A DNA stretch of 64,000 nucleotides. Origin: Eubacteriales bacterium (GTDB taxonomy: Bacteria; Bacillota; Clostridia; Oscillospirales; CAG-272). How positions within the stretch are numbered: the stretch's first letter is position 1; the number at the start of each line of letters is the position of its first letter. The DNA is taken from positions 6,074 through 70,073 of the forward strand of contig JAZUBI010000127.1 of assembly GCA_045638385.1 (NCBI GenBank), given 5' to 3'. This document shows, piece after piece, positions 29,415-39,641 of this stretch. Under the pieces are notes generated by a model. It was not told where the DNA came from. It searched no databases and saw nothing but the letters and a program-made list of their open reading frames with translations. The position numbers were made by a program, and so were the translations under genes.

Positions 29415-29456
29415 TTTAACCTCCTGTGAGTTTTGTGTTTGTATATCACTCATTAT

Positions 29457-29485
29457 ATTATAATATTTTTCACGCTCTAAGTCAA
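29457..29485 (-). promoter_or_regulatory. sigma-A-type promoter of htpG
   Basis: The minus strand reads TTGACT-N17-TATAAT about 40 nt upstream of ATG 29414. Confidence 0.55.
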
Positions 29486-29584
29486 CCGTCATAACAACTA
29501 TTTTATAAAAAAAGTCAAATTATTCACAGAATAATAACATATTAAATGTATAATTATCAAAGAAACTCAAAATTGGGGGGTAAC

Positions 29585-30451
29585 ATGAAGATAGATGTTA
29601 AAGCTTATGCAAAGATCAATTTGTTTCTCGATATAGAATCACTGCGCGAGGACGGGTATCACAATATTCTCAGTCTTATGCAGAGCGTGACTCTTCACGA
29701 CAATATTACTGTCGAATATATACCGTCGGGAAAGAAAGAAATTGTTATAGAATGTGACATTCCCTCTATTCCATGTGATTCGTCAAATCTTGCGTATAAG
29801 GCCGCCGATCTGTATCCTACAATCGGATCAATAAGAATCACCATTGAAAAGAGAATTCCCATCTCGGCGGGACTTGCGGGCGGAAGCGCAGATGCTGCCG
29901 CAGTTCTTCTGGCTCTTAATTCACTTGCAGAAGATCCTATGACACTTGACGAGCTTAAAGCACTAGGCAATCGCCTTGGAGCTGACGTTCCTTTTTGTAT
30001 TGAACAGGGCGCGTGCATTGCAAAGGGCACCGGAGATATACTTATAAAAACCGCGGCAATGCCGATGTATCCCATTGTTATAGCGCGCAAGGGAGATGGG
30101 ATGTCTACTCCCGAGGCTTACCGTGCGCTTGATAAGAAATACAATAAATTTTCGGATTATACCCCCAAAAATGAATTGTTGCAAATATTGAGCAATGCAG
30201 ACAATTCAACCGCTCTTTGCAACTACACAAAGGGATTCTTTAACATTTTCGAATCGGTTGTTGAGACCTGCCGTCCTGCTGTTAGTGAGCTTAAAGAAAT
30301 AATGACTTCACGCAAAGCGGCATGTGCTATGATGAGCGGCAGCGGAACATCCGTCTTCGGAGTATTTGAAAATGAGGACGATGCAATTCAAGCAATAAAC
30401 GCTCTTATAGATGTGGGCGCGGTTGCACATCTGTGTTACCCCATGAAATAA
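29585..30451 (+). CDS. ispE: 4-(cytidine 5'-diphospho)-2-C-methyl-D-erythritol kinase
   Basis: Contains KINLFLDI and the GHMP kinase motif (PISAGLAGGSADAAA). The start is ATG 29585, preceded by GGGGGG. Confidence 0.9.
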   Translation: MKIDVKAYAKINLFLDIESLREDGYHNILSLMQSVTLHDNITVEYIPSGKKEIVIECDIPSIPCDSSNLAYKAADLYPTIGSIRITIEKRIPISAGLAGGSADAAAVLLALNSLAEDPMTLDELKALGNRLGADVPFCIEQGACIAKGTGDILIKTAAMPMYPIVIARKGDGMSTPEAYRALDKKYNKFSDYTPKNELLQILSNADNSTALCNYTKGFFNIFESVVETCRPAVSELKEIMTSRKAACAMMSGSGTSVFGVFENEDDAIQAINALIDVGAVAHLCYPMK

Positions 30452-30457
30452 ATAAAA

Positions 30458-30479
30458 GGTTATCCGTTTCCGGATAACC
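30458..30479. terminator. bidirectional intrinsic terminator
   Basis: GGTTATCCG-TTTC-CGGATAACC flanked by AT-rich runs on both sides, between convergent ispE and the ACP gene. Confidence 0.7.
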
Positions 30480-30505
30480 AATTATTTATATTTATGATGA
30501 CAAAA

Positions 30506-30733
30506 TTATGCACAATTTGCCTCGAGGTAATTGACAACATCACCGACAGTTATAAAGCTGTGCAGATCGTCATCTTCAATTACTAAATCAAACTGTTCCT
30601 CGCAAATCATGACAAGATCGGCAAGTTCGATAGAGTTTACACCGAGATCAGTAGCAAGCTCTGCGTCAAGTGTAATAAGCTCCTCTTTGATCTGAAGCTC
30701 ATTTACCAAAAGATTTTTAAACTTGTCAAACAT
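30506..30733 (-). CDS. acyl carrier protein-like (phosphopantetheine attachment) protein
   Basis: 75-aa acidic four-helix pattern with DLGVNSIELADLVM; the Ser sits in the DSL-like attachment position. Confidence 0.7.
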   Translation of the reverse strand: MFDKFKNLLVNELQIKEELITLDAELATDLGVNSIELADLVMICEEQFDLVIEDDDLHSFITVGDVVNYLEANCA

Positions 30734-30887
30734 TTCGTTTCCTCCTATGTAAGTAATTCATAACGTTGATATTATATATTTTTTTTCCGAGTTTGTCAAT
30801 AGTTTTTTCAAAAAAGTTATTTTTTATGTATTTTTGTCGATAAAACGCGTAAAATATTGAAATTTAGATAAGAAGGGAGTGATATCG

Positions 30888-33212
30888 GTGAATATTTTTT
30901 CGAAGCGCCCGCTGTTTCTGTCCTGCATGATATTTTTGGCATGTTCTGTTGCTTGCGTATTTGTCAGTGGCATAATAAAGCTGATCGTTATCGCCGCTGC
31001 GGCGCTAACGTTGATATTCACTCTGATCCTTGCTTTTTTGAAATATCACTCTCGCGAAAACAAATACAAATTTCTAACCTTAATACTTATAGCCATATCC
31101 GTGCTCTTGGCTTTCTCGCGTTTCTATATATATTTTGACTACAAGCTTGAAGAGCGCAGGGAAACATATGGCAAAGAATGCACGGTTGATGCTTTTGTTG
31201 AATCGGTTGAATATCAAGCTGACTCAATATCACGTTACGTGATCTCCGTTGAAAATGTTGACGGCAAGTCCGACAGCCATAAAGCAATTCTACATTGCAA
31301 TTTCCAAGGCGCGCTTAAAGAGGGAGATAAGATATCATTAAAAGCCGTGTCAACCGCTCCGGATGATTCCGGAGTAAAATACAGTGAAAAGCTGGAACTT
31401 TATTCAAATAATATTTTCGTGATTTACGTTACCGATGATGAAAGCTCGCTTACGGTACATGAGTACAACTCCGATATTAACGGCGAACCGTTGTTTGATA
31501 GGATCAATCGAAAGATGTCCGATATATTAAGAAAAGCCGTTGGTGGTGACGAGGGAAAACTTTGCTCCGCTTTACTGCTCGGAAACAAGGATATGCTTCC
31601 TTCAACCGTTAAACGTGATTTCAGCCGCTCGGGAGCATCCCACATTCTCGCGCTAAGCGGAATGCATATGAGCATAATAATGGGCGCAGCCATGTTTATT
31701 ATGAAACGATTGACGAGGAAGAAATTTATCACAGCGACAGTTCTTTCTCTTTTTGCAGTTACATATCTTGCCATTACCGGTTTTTCACTTTCAGCAACAA
31801 GATCTGTTATCATGTTGTTGATCGTCTATTATTCTTTGCTTATCTCAGCACTTCCTGATTCACTTACATCACTTTCCATTGCAGGGTTCCTTATTATCCT
31901 GTTTTCACCGAGCGCAGTGCTTGACGCGTCCTTTTGGATGTCATTTGTCGCAACACTTGGCATTCTTGTATTTATTCCGCCGCTCAATGATTATCTTGGC
32001 GAAAAGGCGTCAAAATATGATAATCGCCTGAAGTTAAAGATACACAAGCTTATAAACTCAATTTTAATAGCACTCGCAACCGGAGCGGCGGCTATCATAT
32101 CACTAATCGCGGTGCTTTGCGTTTTTGTTAAGGAAATTTCTGTTTTCAGTATCATTTCATCAATCGTTCTATCAATTCCAACCGCGATCATCATACTGTT
32201 TTCGTTAATTCTTCTGCCTTTGTGCTCGGTGCCGTATATCTCACAAGGCATATTATTTATACTGAATCTTACAGCGAGATTTATGATGAGCTACTGTGCA
32301 AAAATATCAGAGCTTGAAGGCATCGTCTATTCACTTAACTATCCATTTGCCACGGTTATGGCATTAGTAATCGGTGGTGCGCTTATATATTGCTTTGCAT
32401 CTAACCATAAAAAACCGTTTACGTCTCTTATTCCTCTTGCGGTGTGTATCGTTTTGTCTATCGGTACAATGATCACATATGAAAAGATCAACGCTGACAC
32501 GTTGAAGGTGTCCTACATAAACGCATCAACAAAATCGGATATGCTGGTATTGTCAAGCAAAAATGACGTTGTGATTTGTGATATTTCAAACGGAAGCATG
32601 TCCTCTTATTACATAGCACTTGACGAGGTTTACGAGGCGCGTGCGACCGAAATAAAAGCTATAATGCTTACAAGATACACAAATCAGCACATTCCTACCT
32701 TGAAGGATGTATGCTCGAGCATTCGTGTAAGAGAACTGTGGCTCCCAGCTCCCCAAAACAACGATGAATACGATAAACTCAATAGAATCTATGAATTCGC
32801 AAATGAACTGGGAGTTGATGTTTATGTCTTTGATCAGGGTGAAACTCTGTATGCCTTCGGTAACATTGCGATAGAGCATACATCCGAAACGATCGACCGC
32901 TCAACTGTACCAATCTCGTTGATAGGAATTTATACAATCAGGGAACACTTGACATATGCTTCCCCGGCTTTTAACGAAAGCGAAATGCTGGAGCTTGCCG
33001 AGCATCATTTTTCAAAATCCCGATATATAATTTTCGGCAACAAGGGACCCGTGACTAAAACAGATTATACTGTTGAGAATATTGAGAAATGCAAAATAAT
33101 CGCTTTCGCTGATAAGACTCGCGCGCAATATTTCATATCACCCGAATATTCATTCGCCGCATATTATTTAGTACCCAACAACGGCGAGATGGAATTCTAT
33201 ATTGATAAATAA
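30888..33212 (+). CDS. comEC: ComEC/Rec2 family DNA internalization protein
   Basis: Competence core (SRSGASHILALSGMHMSII), many TM helices and a C-terminal MBL-like region. The start is placed at GTG 30888 (GGGAG 8 nt upstream); the track start is GTG 30879. Confidence 0.85.
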   Translation: MNIFSKRPLFLSCMIFLACSVACVFVSGIIKLIVIAAAALTLIFTLILAFLKYHSRENKYKFLTLILIAISVLLAFSRFYIYFDYKLEERRETYGKECTVDAFVESVEYQADSISRYVISVENVDGKSDSHKAILHCNFQGALKEGDKISLKAVSTAPDDSGVKYSEKLELYSNNIFVIYVTDDESSLTVHEYNSDINGEPLFDRINRKMSDILRKAVGGDEGKLCSALLLGNKDMLPSTVKRDFSRSGASHILALSGMHMSIIMGAAMFIMKRLTRKKFITATVLSLFAVTYLAITGFSLSATRSVIMLLIVYYSLLISALPDSLTSLSIAGFLIILFSPSAVLDASFWMSFVATLGILVFIPPLNDYLGEKASKYDNRLKLKIHKLINSILIALATGAAAIISLIAVLCVFVKEISVFSIISSIVLSIPTAIIILFSLILLPLCSVPYISQGILFILNLTARFMMSYCAKISELEGIVYSLNYPFATVMALVIGGALIYCFASNHKKPFTSLIPLAVCIVLSIGTMITYEKINADTLKVSYINASTKSDMLVLSSKNDVVICDISNGSMSSYYIALDEVYEARATEIKAIMLTRYTNQHIPTLKDVCSSIRVRELWLPAPQNNDEYDKLNRIYEFANELGVDVYVFDQGETLYAFGNIAIEHTSETIDRSTVPISLIGIYTIREHLTYASPAFNESEMLELAEHHFSKSRYIIFGNKGPVTKTDYTVENIEKCKIIAFADKTRAQYFISPEYSFAAYYLVPNNGEMEFYIDK

Positions 33213-33222
33213 TGAGGCAACA

Positions 33223-34011
33223 ATGAAAATTACAAAATATAATATCAGCTCTGATAAAATCACAAGAAATATGAGAGTAGCGTGTGTGAGTGATCTTCAT
33301 GCTCACTCTCCAAAAAAGGTAATAGCCGCCCTTAAATCCGTTTCACCCGATTATATTCTTTTAGCGGGTGATATATTCGAGGTTGCAAACCAATTTATGG
33401 AGGAGCGCAATGCCAATTCTTTTGCATTTTTGAAATCCGCATTGGAGATTGCTCCAATATATTACTGCTACGGTAACCACGAAATATATTATACACACAA
33501 CAAAAAGAAATATAACCGCTTGCCAAACGAAGAAATGGCAAATGAATATATCCAAGCGATCAAGGACATGGGCGTTAATTTGCTTAACGATTCCTATGTT
33601 GAAATTCCCGACGAAAACAAAAATTTATTTGTCGGAGGACTTGTTTGCGGACGCGATAAGAATCCCATTTATACAGAGGAATTTGACAGTGAATTTCTTG
33701 AAAAATACAACGCGGAAAAGGGATTTAAGATTTTGCTGTGCCACTATCCGCACTACTATGAAAAGTACCTTAGGGAAACCGATTTTGATCTTATTCTTTC
33801 GGGGCATGCTCACGGTGGGCAATGGAGAATATTTAACAGAGGCATTTTTGCGCCTCATCAGGGACTTTTCCCCAAATATACCTCCGGTATGCGCGACGGT
33901 AGATTTATAATCAGCACAGGCGCCGCTAATAACTCAAAGCCAATTCCAAGATTTTTCAATCCGACCGAAATATTGGAAATTACAATTTCCAACAAAGAAG
34001 AGATGCGATAA
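33223..34011 (+). CDS. metallophosphoesterase
   Basis: Calcineurin-like motifs (VSDLHAH, AGDIFE, GNHE, SGHAHGG). The start is ATG 33223. Confidence 0.8.
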   Translation: MKITKYNISSDKITRNMRVACVSDLHAHSPKKVIAALKSVSPDYILLAGDIFEVANQFMEERNANSFAFLKSALEIAPIYYCYGNHEIYYTHNKKKYNRLPNEEMANEYIQAIKDMGVNLLNDSYVEIPDENKNLFVGGLVCGRDKNPIYTEEFDSEFLEKYNAEKGFKILLCHYPHYYEKYLRETDFDLILSGHAHGGQWRIFNRGIFAPHQGLFPKYTSGMRDGRFIISTGAANNSKPIPRFFNPTEILEITISNKEEMR

Positions 34012-34032
34012 TTTGCATCTCTTCTATTTTTT
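33997..34032 (+). terminator. intrinsic terminator
   Basis: GAAGAGATGC-N8-GCATCTCTTC followed by TATTTTTT. The stop codon lies in the loop. Confidence 0.7.
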
Positions 34033-34094
34033 CACTTTGATATATTCCTTGTTTCGACGAAAAATAATAAAAAGCTTTTTTGTGGAGGAATAAT

Positions 34095-36137
34095 ATGCGT
34101 AAATTCTGCAAGCTGATACTTATTTTTTTGATAGCATTTTTCTCATTATCAACTCTTTTAACAGTGTTCGGCGCGGCAACGCTTTACAAATACTCAGGCT
34201 CATGTGTTGATGATGAATTGATTGATCTTTTGTCAACGAGCGGTACGACACAATTTTACAGATATGAATTTACCGATAGAGAAGAGCGTTTAGGCGTTCC
34301 TGTTTTGATTGAGAATGCAAGTCTTGACGGCGCGAACAAGCACGAATACGTCTCCTACGAGATGATACCGAAAAATTTGATCAACGCTTTTGTAGCAATC
34401 GAGGATAAACGATTTTGGAAGCACGGTGGTGTTGATTACTTAAGATCGGGAAAAGCGGTGCTGAATTATATTTTTGCGGGACAAAAGAGCTTTGGCGGTT
34501 CAACCATAACTCAGCAGTTGGTAAAAAATCTTACGGGTAACGATCAATACCTTATAAAACGCAAGTTAAACGAGGCATTTTCTGCTATAAATCTTGAACA
34601 CCGCTATGACAAGACTCAAATCATTGAAATGTATTTGAACGTAATAAATCTTGCAAACGGTTGTCGCGGAATAGGCTCTGCGGCAAGATATTACTTTTCA
34701 AAAAGCGCGTCAGATCTTGATCTGAATGAGGCGGCTTCGATAGCGGCTATTACAAACAATCCATCAAAATATGATCCTATCAAGCATCCCGAAGAAAATA
34801 AAAAGAGACGGCACACGGTACTTGACTGCATGCTTAAGCTTGGATATATAAGCCATTCTGAATATGATGAGGCCTATAACGCAGAGCTTATATTAAACGT
34901 TAACGATGAAATCAGCGGAGTCAATTCATGGTATATCGATACAGTTATCGAAGACGTTATAACCGATTTATCACTTAAATACGGAATAACACGGAAAACC
35001 GCATCGCTCCTACTGTACAAGGGGGGATACAAAATCTACACCTTAATGGACAAGGATATTCAGGACATAGTTGAAAAATATTATCAAAATAAAAATAATT
35101 TTCCTGAAAATTCTGACGGCACATCTCCGCAATCATCTATGATAATTATGGATCCTTATACGGGTGATATTTTAGCAATCGCGGGGGGAGTTGGCGCTAA
35201 AAAGGGGAACAGATTATTGAATTTTGCGACCGACTCAAAGCGCCCTTCGGGCTCTGCAATAAAGCCGCTCTCGGTATATGCGCCCGGAATAGAAAACGGA
35301 ATTATAAATTGGTCTACAATAATTTCCGACTCCCCAATATATGACGGAGATTCGACAAAAGCGCCTTGGCCCGCAAACGCAAATCAAAAATACGTTGGGG
35401 ACGTTACGGTAGAATACGCAGTTAAGCATTCTCTCAATACTGTGGCGATAAAGGTCCTCCACAGCGTCGGAAACTCTTCCTCATTTAACTTTTTATACAA
35501 AAAGCTAAATATATCTTCATTAAGTCTGCAAAAGGATATGGGAGATGCCTCGTTAGCTCTCGGACAGCATTCTATCGGTATTTCATTGCGTGAGCTCGTT
35601 TCGGGATATACTATTTTCGAAAATGGGATATATTCGCCATCCCGCACATACGCCAAGGTTACCGATATGAACGGTAAAATTATTTTGGACAATACAAAGC
35701 AACAATCGCCCGTGATCTCTGTCGAAACAGCCGCTATAATGACTAAACTTTTGCAAGGTGTAACCGCGGAGGGAACTGCCAAAGGACTTATTACACTTAC
35801 AGATGTATGCGAGACTGCAGGTAAAACCGGAACAACTCAATACAATCACGATAAATATTTTGTGGGTTATACGCCGACTCTTTTAGCAGGGGTGTGGCAA
35901 GGGTATGAATCACCCCGATCGCTTGCATTTACAAGAACAAATTACTCCGCAAAAATCTGGAACGATATAATGTGTGAAATATACAATAAAATTCAGTTTG
36001 AAGAGAAAGATCTCAAATTCAGAGTTCCCAACACCGTAAAAGAATTGAGTTATGATCTTAAAACGGGGCAATATCCTAATGAAAGCACCGATCCCGATCA
36101 AATTTTTGAAGGCTGGTACAACGTAAGGGGGGAGTAA
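34095..36137 (+). CDS. class A penicillin-binding protein (transglycosylase/transpeptidase)
   Basis: GT51 motifs (AIEDKRFWKHGGVD, GGSTITQQLVKN) and transpeptidase motifs (SGSAIKP = SxxK, KTGTT). The start is ATG 34095 (GGAGG upstream). Confidence 0.9.
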   Translation: MRKFCKLILIFLIAFFSLSTLLTVFGAATLYKYSGSCVDDELIDLLSTSGTTQFYRYEFTDREERLGVPVLIENASLDGANKHEYVSYEMIPKNLINAFVAIEDKRFWKHGGVDYLRSGKAVLNYIFAGQKSFGGSTITQQLVKNLTGNDQYLIKRKLNEAFSAINLEHRYDKTQIIEMYLNVINLANGCRGIGSAARYYFSKSASDLDLNEAASIAAITNNPSKYDPIKHPEENKKRRHTVLDCMLKLGYISHSEYDEAYNAELILNVNDEISGVNSWYIDTVIEDVITDLSLKYGITRKTASLLLYKGGYKIYTLMDKDIQDIVEKYYQNKNNFPENSDGTSPQSSMIIMDPYTGDILAIAGGVGAKKGNRLLNFATDSKRPSGSAIKPLSVYAPGIENGIINWSTIISDSPIYDGDSTKAPWPANANQKYVGDVTVEYAVKHSLNTVAIKVLHSVGNSSSFNFLYKKLNISSLSLQKDMGDASLALGQHSIGISLRELVSGYTIFENGIYSPSRTYAKVTDMNGKIILDNTKQQSPVISVETAAIMTKLLQGVTAEGTAKGLITLTDVCETAGKTGTTQYNHDKYFVGYTPTLLAGVWQGYESPRSLAFTRTNYSAKIWNDIMCEIYNKIQFEEKDLKFRVPNTVKELSYDLKTGQYPNESTDPDQIFEGWYNVRGE

Positions 36138-36206
36138 TAATTTAAATAAACACTCTCATATATTGTTATATGGTTTTCAAGATATAACTAATAAACGGGA
36201 GGATAA

Positions 36207-36713
36207 ATGAAAAACAGAGTAAGATTTTTTAACGGTTCTGCTATTTGGATTGGAATCATTACTGCAACACTTTGCTTTTTAGCGCAAACCCTTTTAGGAT
36301 CACCCTTAAGCTCTCTGCACATCCTAAAAGGAAGCTCGCTTCTGCCGCCTATATGGATCTTCAACGTTTTATCGATCGCTTGGTGTTTTTTGATTGGAAT
36401 TTCGGCAGGTGCAATTATAAATGCAACGTCATTGAGACTAAATAACGGGGAAAAGGAAATAGCGGCTTACAAGGGCGGATTTTTCTTTCTCACCTTCTTT
36501 TTCCTCTCCTTCCTTCGATACTACCTTCTTTTTTATGCAACAAGACTTTTTCTCTCCTTGATAATATCGGTAATCGTTTTAATTTGTTCATTACTTTGCG
36601 CTTTTTCCTGGCATAAGGTAAAGCCATCAATGTCATCTGCCATCATAATATTGTTTGCAATTTGGCAATTTTATATTTTATTTGTAAATTTATCCATCTT
36701 TCTGCATAATTAA
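36207..36713 (+). CDS. multi-pass membrane protein (possibly TspO/MBR-like)
   Basis: 168-aa ORF with about 5 TM helices. The LPPIWIFNVLSIAWCFL segment is reminiscent of the TspO PPxW motif. The family call is weak. Confidence 0.45.
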   Translation: MKNRVRFFNGSAIWIGIITATLCFLAQTLLGSPLSSLHILKGSSLLPPIWIFNVLSIAWCFLIGISAGAIINATSLRLNNGEKEIAAYKGGFFFLTFFFLSFLRYYLLFYATRLFLSLIISVIVLICSLLCAFSWHKVKPSMSSAIIILFAIWQFYILFVNLSIFLHN

Positions 36714-36736
36714 TATAATGTTTGCGAAAATAACTA

Positions 36737-36765
36737 TTGACAAATGGGTATTTTTGCTGTATAAT
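36737..36765 (+). promoter_or_regulatory. consensus sigma-A promoter
   Basis: TTGACA-N17-TATAAT, both hexamers perfect, about 35 nt upstream of ATG 36801. Confidence 0.55.
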
Positions 36766-36800
36766 CAATACAGTTACATTTGTGACCGGAGGATATTCAA

Positions 36801-37265
36801 ATGAAATTTATAAAATTGCTTTCTGCAGTGCTTGTTTTGGCAACGCTTTGCTGTGTGTTTGTTGCATGCGGCGAGGCATCTGATGTTGTTGAGGACCTTC
36901 CCGAAAGAAAGATTTACAGCATCACCGTTTCCTTCCAAATTAAGGACGGCGCAGGAAAAACTGTTATAGATGCAAAGGATTATAATTACAAATCCCACAG
37001 CGAGCCCACGATGCTTAATATCATCAACACATACCTCTCGGTTGAAGAGGATTGGGTGTGTAAGATCGACAAAAAAACCAATACCATTACCCAGATAGGT
37101 GGTATGAAGGCCAATAAAAAAGACGGTCAGTATTGGGGATTTGTTAACGGTCAGATCAATCTTAACAAGGAACAGGTTATGAAGGAGCTCAGCGACGGTA
37201 AGATGAGTGAAATTACCATCAGCGACGGCGGAGTATTCACCGTTATGCTCATTCTTGATAACTAA
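36801..37265 (+). CDS. lipoprotein, DUF4430-like
   Basis: Lipobox-like signal (LATLCCVFVACG). The mature domain ends with a YWGFVNGQ pattern, as in DUF4430 (transcobalamin-like) proteins. Confidence 0.55.
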   Translation: MKFIKLLSAVLVLATLCCVFVACGEASDVVEDLPERKIYSITVSFQIKDGAGKTVIDAKDYNYKSHSEPTMLNIINTYLSVEEDWVCKIDKKTNTITQIGGMKANKKDGQYWGFVNGQINLNKEQVMKELSDGKMSEITISDGGVFTVMLILDN

Positions 37266-37277
37266 AAATAAAGTCGC

Positions 37278-37340
37278 GGACCGACTTTCCCAAATGATAC
37301 CGATATAACGGGTGTTTGGAAGGTCGGTCCTCTTATTTAT
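37278..37340 (+). terminator. long hairpin downstream of the DUF4430 gene (probable terminator)
   Basis: GGACCGACTTTCC (37278-37290) pairs with GGAAGGTCGGTCC (37318-37330), 13 bp with one G-U pair and a 27-nt loop, followed by TCTTATTTAT. Confidence 0.45.
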
Positions 37341-37359
37341 AAAAACGGAGGATATTATA

Positions 37360-37944
37360 ATGCTTATTTCAATCACAGGAAGACTTGGCAGCGGAAAATC
37401 GACCGTATGCAACATTTTAAAGGAAAAATACGGATTTGAGATCTACAGCACCGGCACAATTAACCGTGAATTCGCTCGCAGACTTGGCATAACCACTCTC
37501 GAGCTTAACAAAAGACTTAACGACGATCCTTCGTTGGATCACGAAATCGACGGAACGGTTACAAAGCTTTCCGAAGAAAGAAAGAATGACAAGCTGATAT
37601 TTGATTCTCGCATGGCGTGGCATTTTGCTAAGGACACATTTAAAATCTTCTTGACGATTGACGCCATGGAGGCGGCAAGACGTGTTATGCTTAATCAGCG
37701 CGGCGCCGAGGAGCACTACGAGAGCGTTGAGGAGGCATGCGAAAAGCTTGTTGAAAGAAGCCGCGTTGAACGTGACAGATTTGTAGACATATACGGCGTT
37801 GACTACTACGATTACAACAATTTTGATATCGTAGTTGATACGACCGCTCGCACTCCCGACGAGGTTGTTGCCATTATTATGGAAAATTACGAAAAATTCT
37901 CCTCCGACAAGTCCTCATTTACATCCCCGACCATTTTTGAATAA
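37360..37944 (+). CDS. cytidylate kinase-like family protein
   Basis: P-loop ITGRLGSGKST and (d)CMP kinase-like layout. The start is ATG 37360 (GGAGGA upstream). Confidence 0.7.
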   Translation: MLISITGRLGSGKSTVCNILKEKYGFEIYSTGTINREFARRLGITTLELNKRLNDDPSLDHEIDGTVTKLSEERKNDKLIFDSRMAWHFAKDTFKIFLTIDAMEAARRVMLNQRGAEEHYESVEEACEKLVERSRVERDRFVDIYGVDYYDYNNFDIVVDTTARTPDEVVAIIMENYEKFSSDKSSFTSPTIFE

Positions 37945-37956
37945 TAAGGAGAAAAC

Positions 37957-38823
37957 ATGAGATCAAGGGTATATTTTTCTAAGGAAATAAGCGCTGAGAA
38001 GATTGTGGAGCTTTACGATCTCCTTGCTGTTGAGCTCGGCGGCAGAGTTGCTGTCAAGGTTCATTCGGGAGAAAAGGGAAATCAGAATTTCATTAAGCCC
38101 CAAATGTGGAAAAAGGTTATCGACCGTGTAAACGGTACGGTAGTTGAATGCAACACCGCTTATAACGGAGCGAGAAACACCACAAAGCTGCATTTGGAAA
38201 CTCTTAGGAATCACGGATGGAGTCAATATTTCAAGGTAGATCTTCTTGATGCTGAGGGTCCGGACCTTGTTCTCGATATAAAAAACGGCAAAAAAATACA
38301 GAAGAATTTTGTAGGAAAGAATATCGTCAACTATGACTCTATGCTCGTTCTTTCGCACTTTAAGGGACATCCAATGGGCGGATATGGCGGCGCGATAAAA
38401 CAGCTTTCGATCGGTGTTGCTTCATCGTATGGAAAGAAGTATATCCACGGAGTCGGTGACGTTGATAATTTCTGGGGCTCTGACCATGACTCATTCCTTG
38501 AATCAATGGCTGATGCCGCTACATCCGTAGTTGACTATTTCCACGGTAATATCGCATACATCAACGTAATGATGAATATGTCGGTGGATTGCGACTGTTG
38601 CGCAAAAGCTGAGGATCCTTGTATTGCTGATATTGGAATCCTCGCGTCGCTTGACCCGGTTGCGATCGATCAGGCTTGCTTGGATCTCGTTTACTCATGT
38701 GACGACAAAAACAAAGGACATCTTATTGAAAGAATTGAAAGCAGAAACGGCGCTCATACCATTGATGCGGCCGTCGAGCTTGGCTTAGGATCAAAAGAAT
38801 ACGAATTGATTACAGTTGATTGA
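37957..38823 (+). CDS. DUF362 domain protein
   Basis: 288-aa ORF with a DUF362-like pattern (KVHSGE ..., C-terminal CDCC cluster). Confidence 0.65.
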   Translation: MRSRVYFSKEISAEKIVELYDLLAVELGGRVAVKVHSGEKGNQNFIKPQMWKKVIDRVNGTVVECNTAYNGARNTTKLHLETLRNHGWSQYFKVDLLDAEGPDLVLDIKNGKKIQKNFVGKNIVNYDSMLVLSHFKGHPMGGYGGAIKQLSIGVASSYGKKYIHGVGDVDNFWGSDHDSFLESMADAATSVVDYFHGNIAYINVMMNMSVDCDCCAKAEDPCIADIGILASLDPVAIDQACLDLVYSCDDKNKGHLIERIESRNGAHTIDAAVELGLGSKEYELITVD

Positions 38824-38827
38824 TAAA

Positions 38828-38857
38828 TAAAACCCGCCATCACGGCGGGTTTTATTT
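38828..38857. terminator. bidirectional intrinsic terminator
   Basis: AAAACCCGCC-ATCAC-GGCGGGTTTT followed by ATTTTTA, between convergent genes. Confidence 0.8.
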
Positions 38858-39634
38858 TTATATTTCTTCGTTGCCTTGACTTTGTAAGAAGTCCTTAAGT
38901 ATCTTATTTGTTTCAAGGTCTGCATCGCCTATCGTGCTTGAGCAGACTACAATACCCTCGATCCTCTTATCCTTCAAGTATTTCGCATACAGCGAAAGCT
39001 GTTCTCTAAATAACTCGGGATCCATTTTTACGGCACCTGCTGCGTAATCATATGTATATATTCCGAGCATGACCGGCTTTTTCTTAGCATAGGAAAGCAT
39101 CTTTTCAACATATTCCTGCGCATTGGGAATATCCTTTGAATGCCAAACCCAAAATGTGATTCCATCGAAGCAATCGAGATACTTTTCAAGCTCATCATTA
39201 AGCTCATGGGCATATAACACACACCAGAAGTCAAGTCCTTTTTCATTGAGGCGAGCTCGAATTTTACTCAAAACCTCGGGAGGGAAGCGCTTCATTCTCA
39301 CTTCTGAGAAGAAGTCATCCACAACTCCGCCTGTAATGTTTTCGGCTCTGTCTATAACAGAAATTATGTCCTCTGTATTTCCAAGCTCCGCTTCGGGTAA
39401 CGGTGTACTCGCATCTCCGAGAACAGACCATTTGATCTCCTGAAGTGAGGAAAGCCTACTCGCCAAGTCATCAAAAGGCGGCTGAATATTTCCGCCATAA
39501 GAGACAATGAAAGCATTTTTTATGCCGTATTCCTCGGCAAAGCCCTCGGGTGTCATAGAACAGTTAAGCCCTGTGCACTCATTGTGAGAGCCCTCGAGAT
39601 GCCCCCAGTTCCAAAACTTATCTAACAGCTTCAT
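38858..39634 (-). CDS. hypothetical protein
   Basis: 258-aa ORF, the last gene of a tight minus-strand unit. The alternating beta/alpha pattern suggests a TIM-barrel-like fold. No family was recognised. Confidence 0.55.
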   Translation of the reverse strand: MKLLDKFWNWGHLEGSHNECTGLNCSMTPEGFAEEYGIKNAFIVSYGGNIQPPFDDLASRLSSLQEIKWSVLGDASTPLPEAELGNTEDIISVIDRAENITGGVVDDFFSEVRMKRFPPEVLSKIRARLNEKGLDFWCVLYAHELNDELEKYLDCFDGITFWVWHSKDIPNAQEYVEKMLSYAKKKPVMLGIYTYDYAAGAVKMDPELFREQLSLYAKYLKDKRIEGIVVCSSTIGDADLETNKILKDFLQSQGNEEI

Positions 39635-39641
39635 ATAACAA

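Noticed and set aside
29415-29492. 26-codon N-terminal extension of the htpG ORF in the track; similar extensions exist at 26607-26681, 29546-29584, 37312-37359 and 56213-56272
   Set aside because: The downstream ATGs have proper SD sequences and match the family N-termini. For htpG the extension would begin upstream of the predicted promoter.
29480-29535. Two AGTCAA elements upstream of htpG, considered as CtsR boxes; a CIRCE element was also looked for
   Set aside because: The CtsR operator is a tandem heptad (GGTCAAA-NAN-GGTCAAA). Here the two copies are about 35 nt apart and one is simply the -35 hexamer (TTGACT on the minus strand). No TTAGCACTC-N9-GAGTGCTAA was seen.
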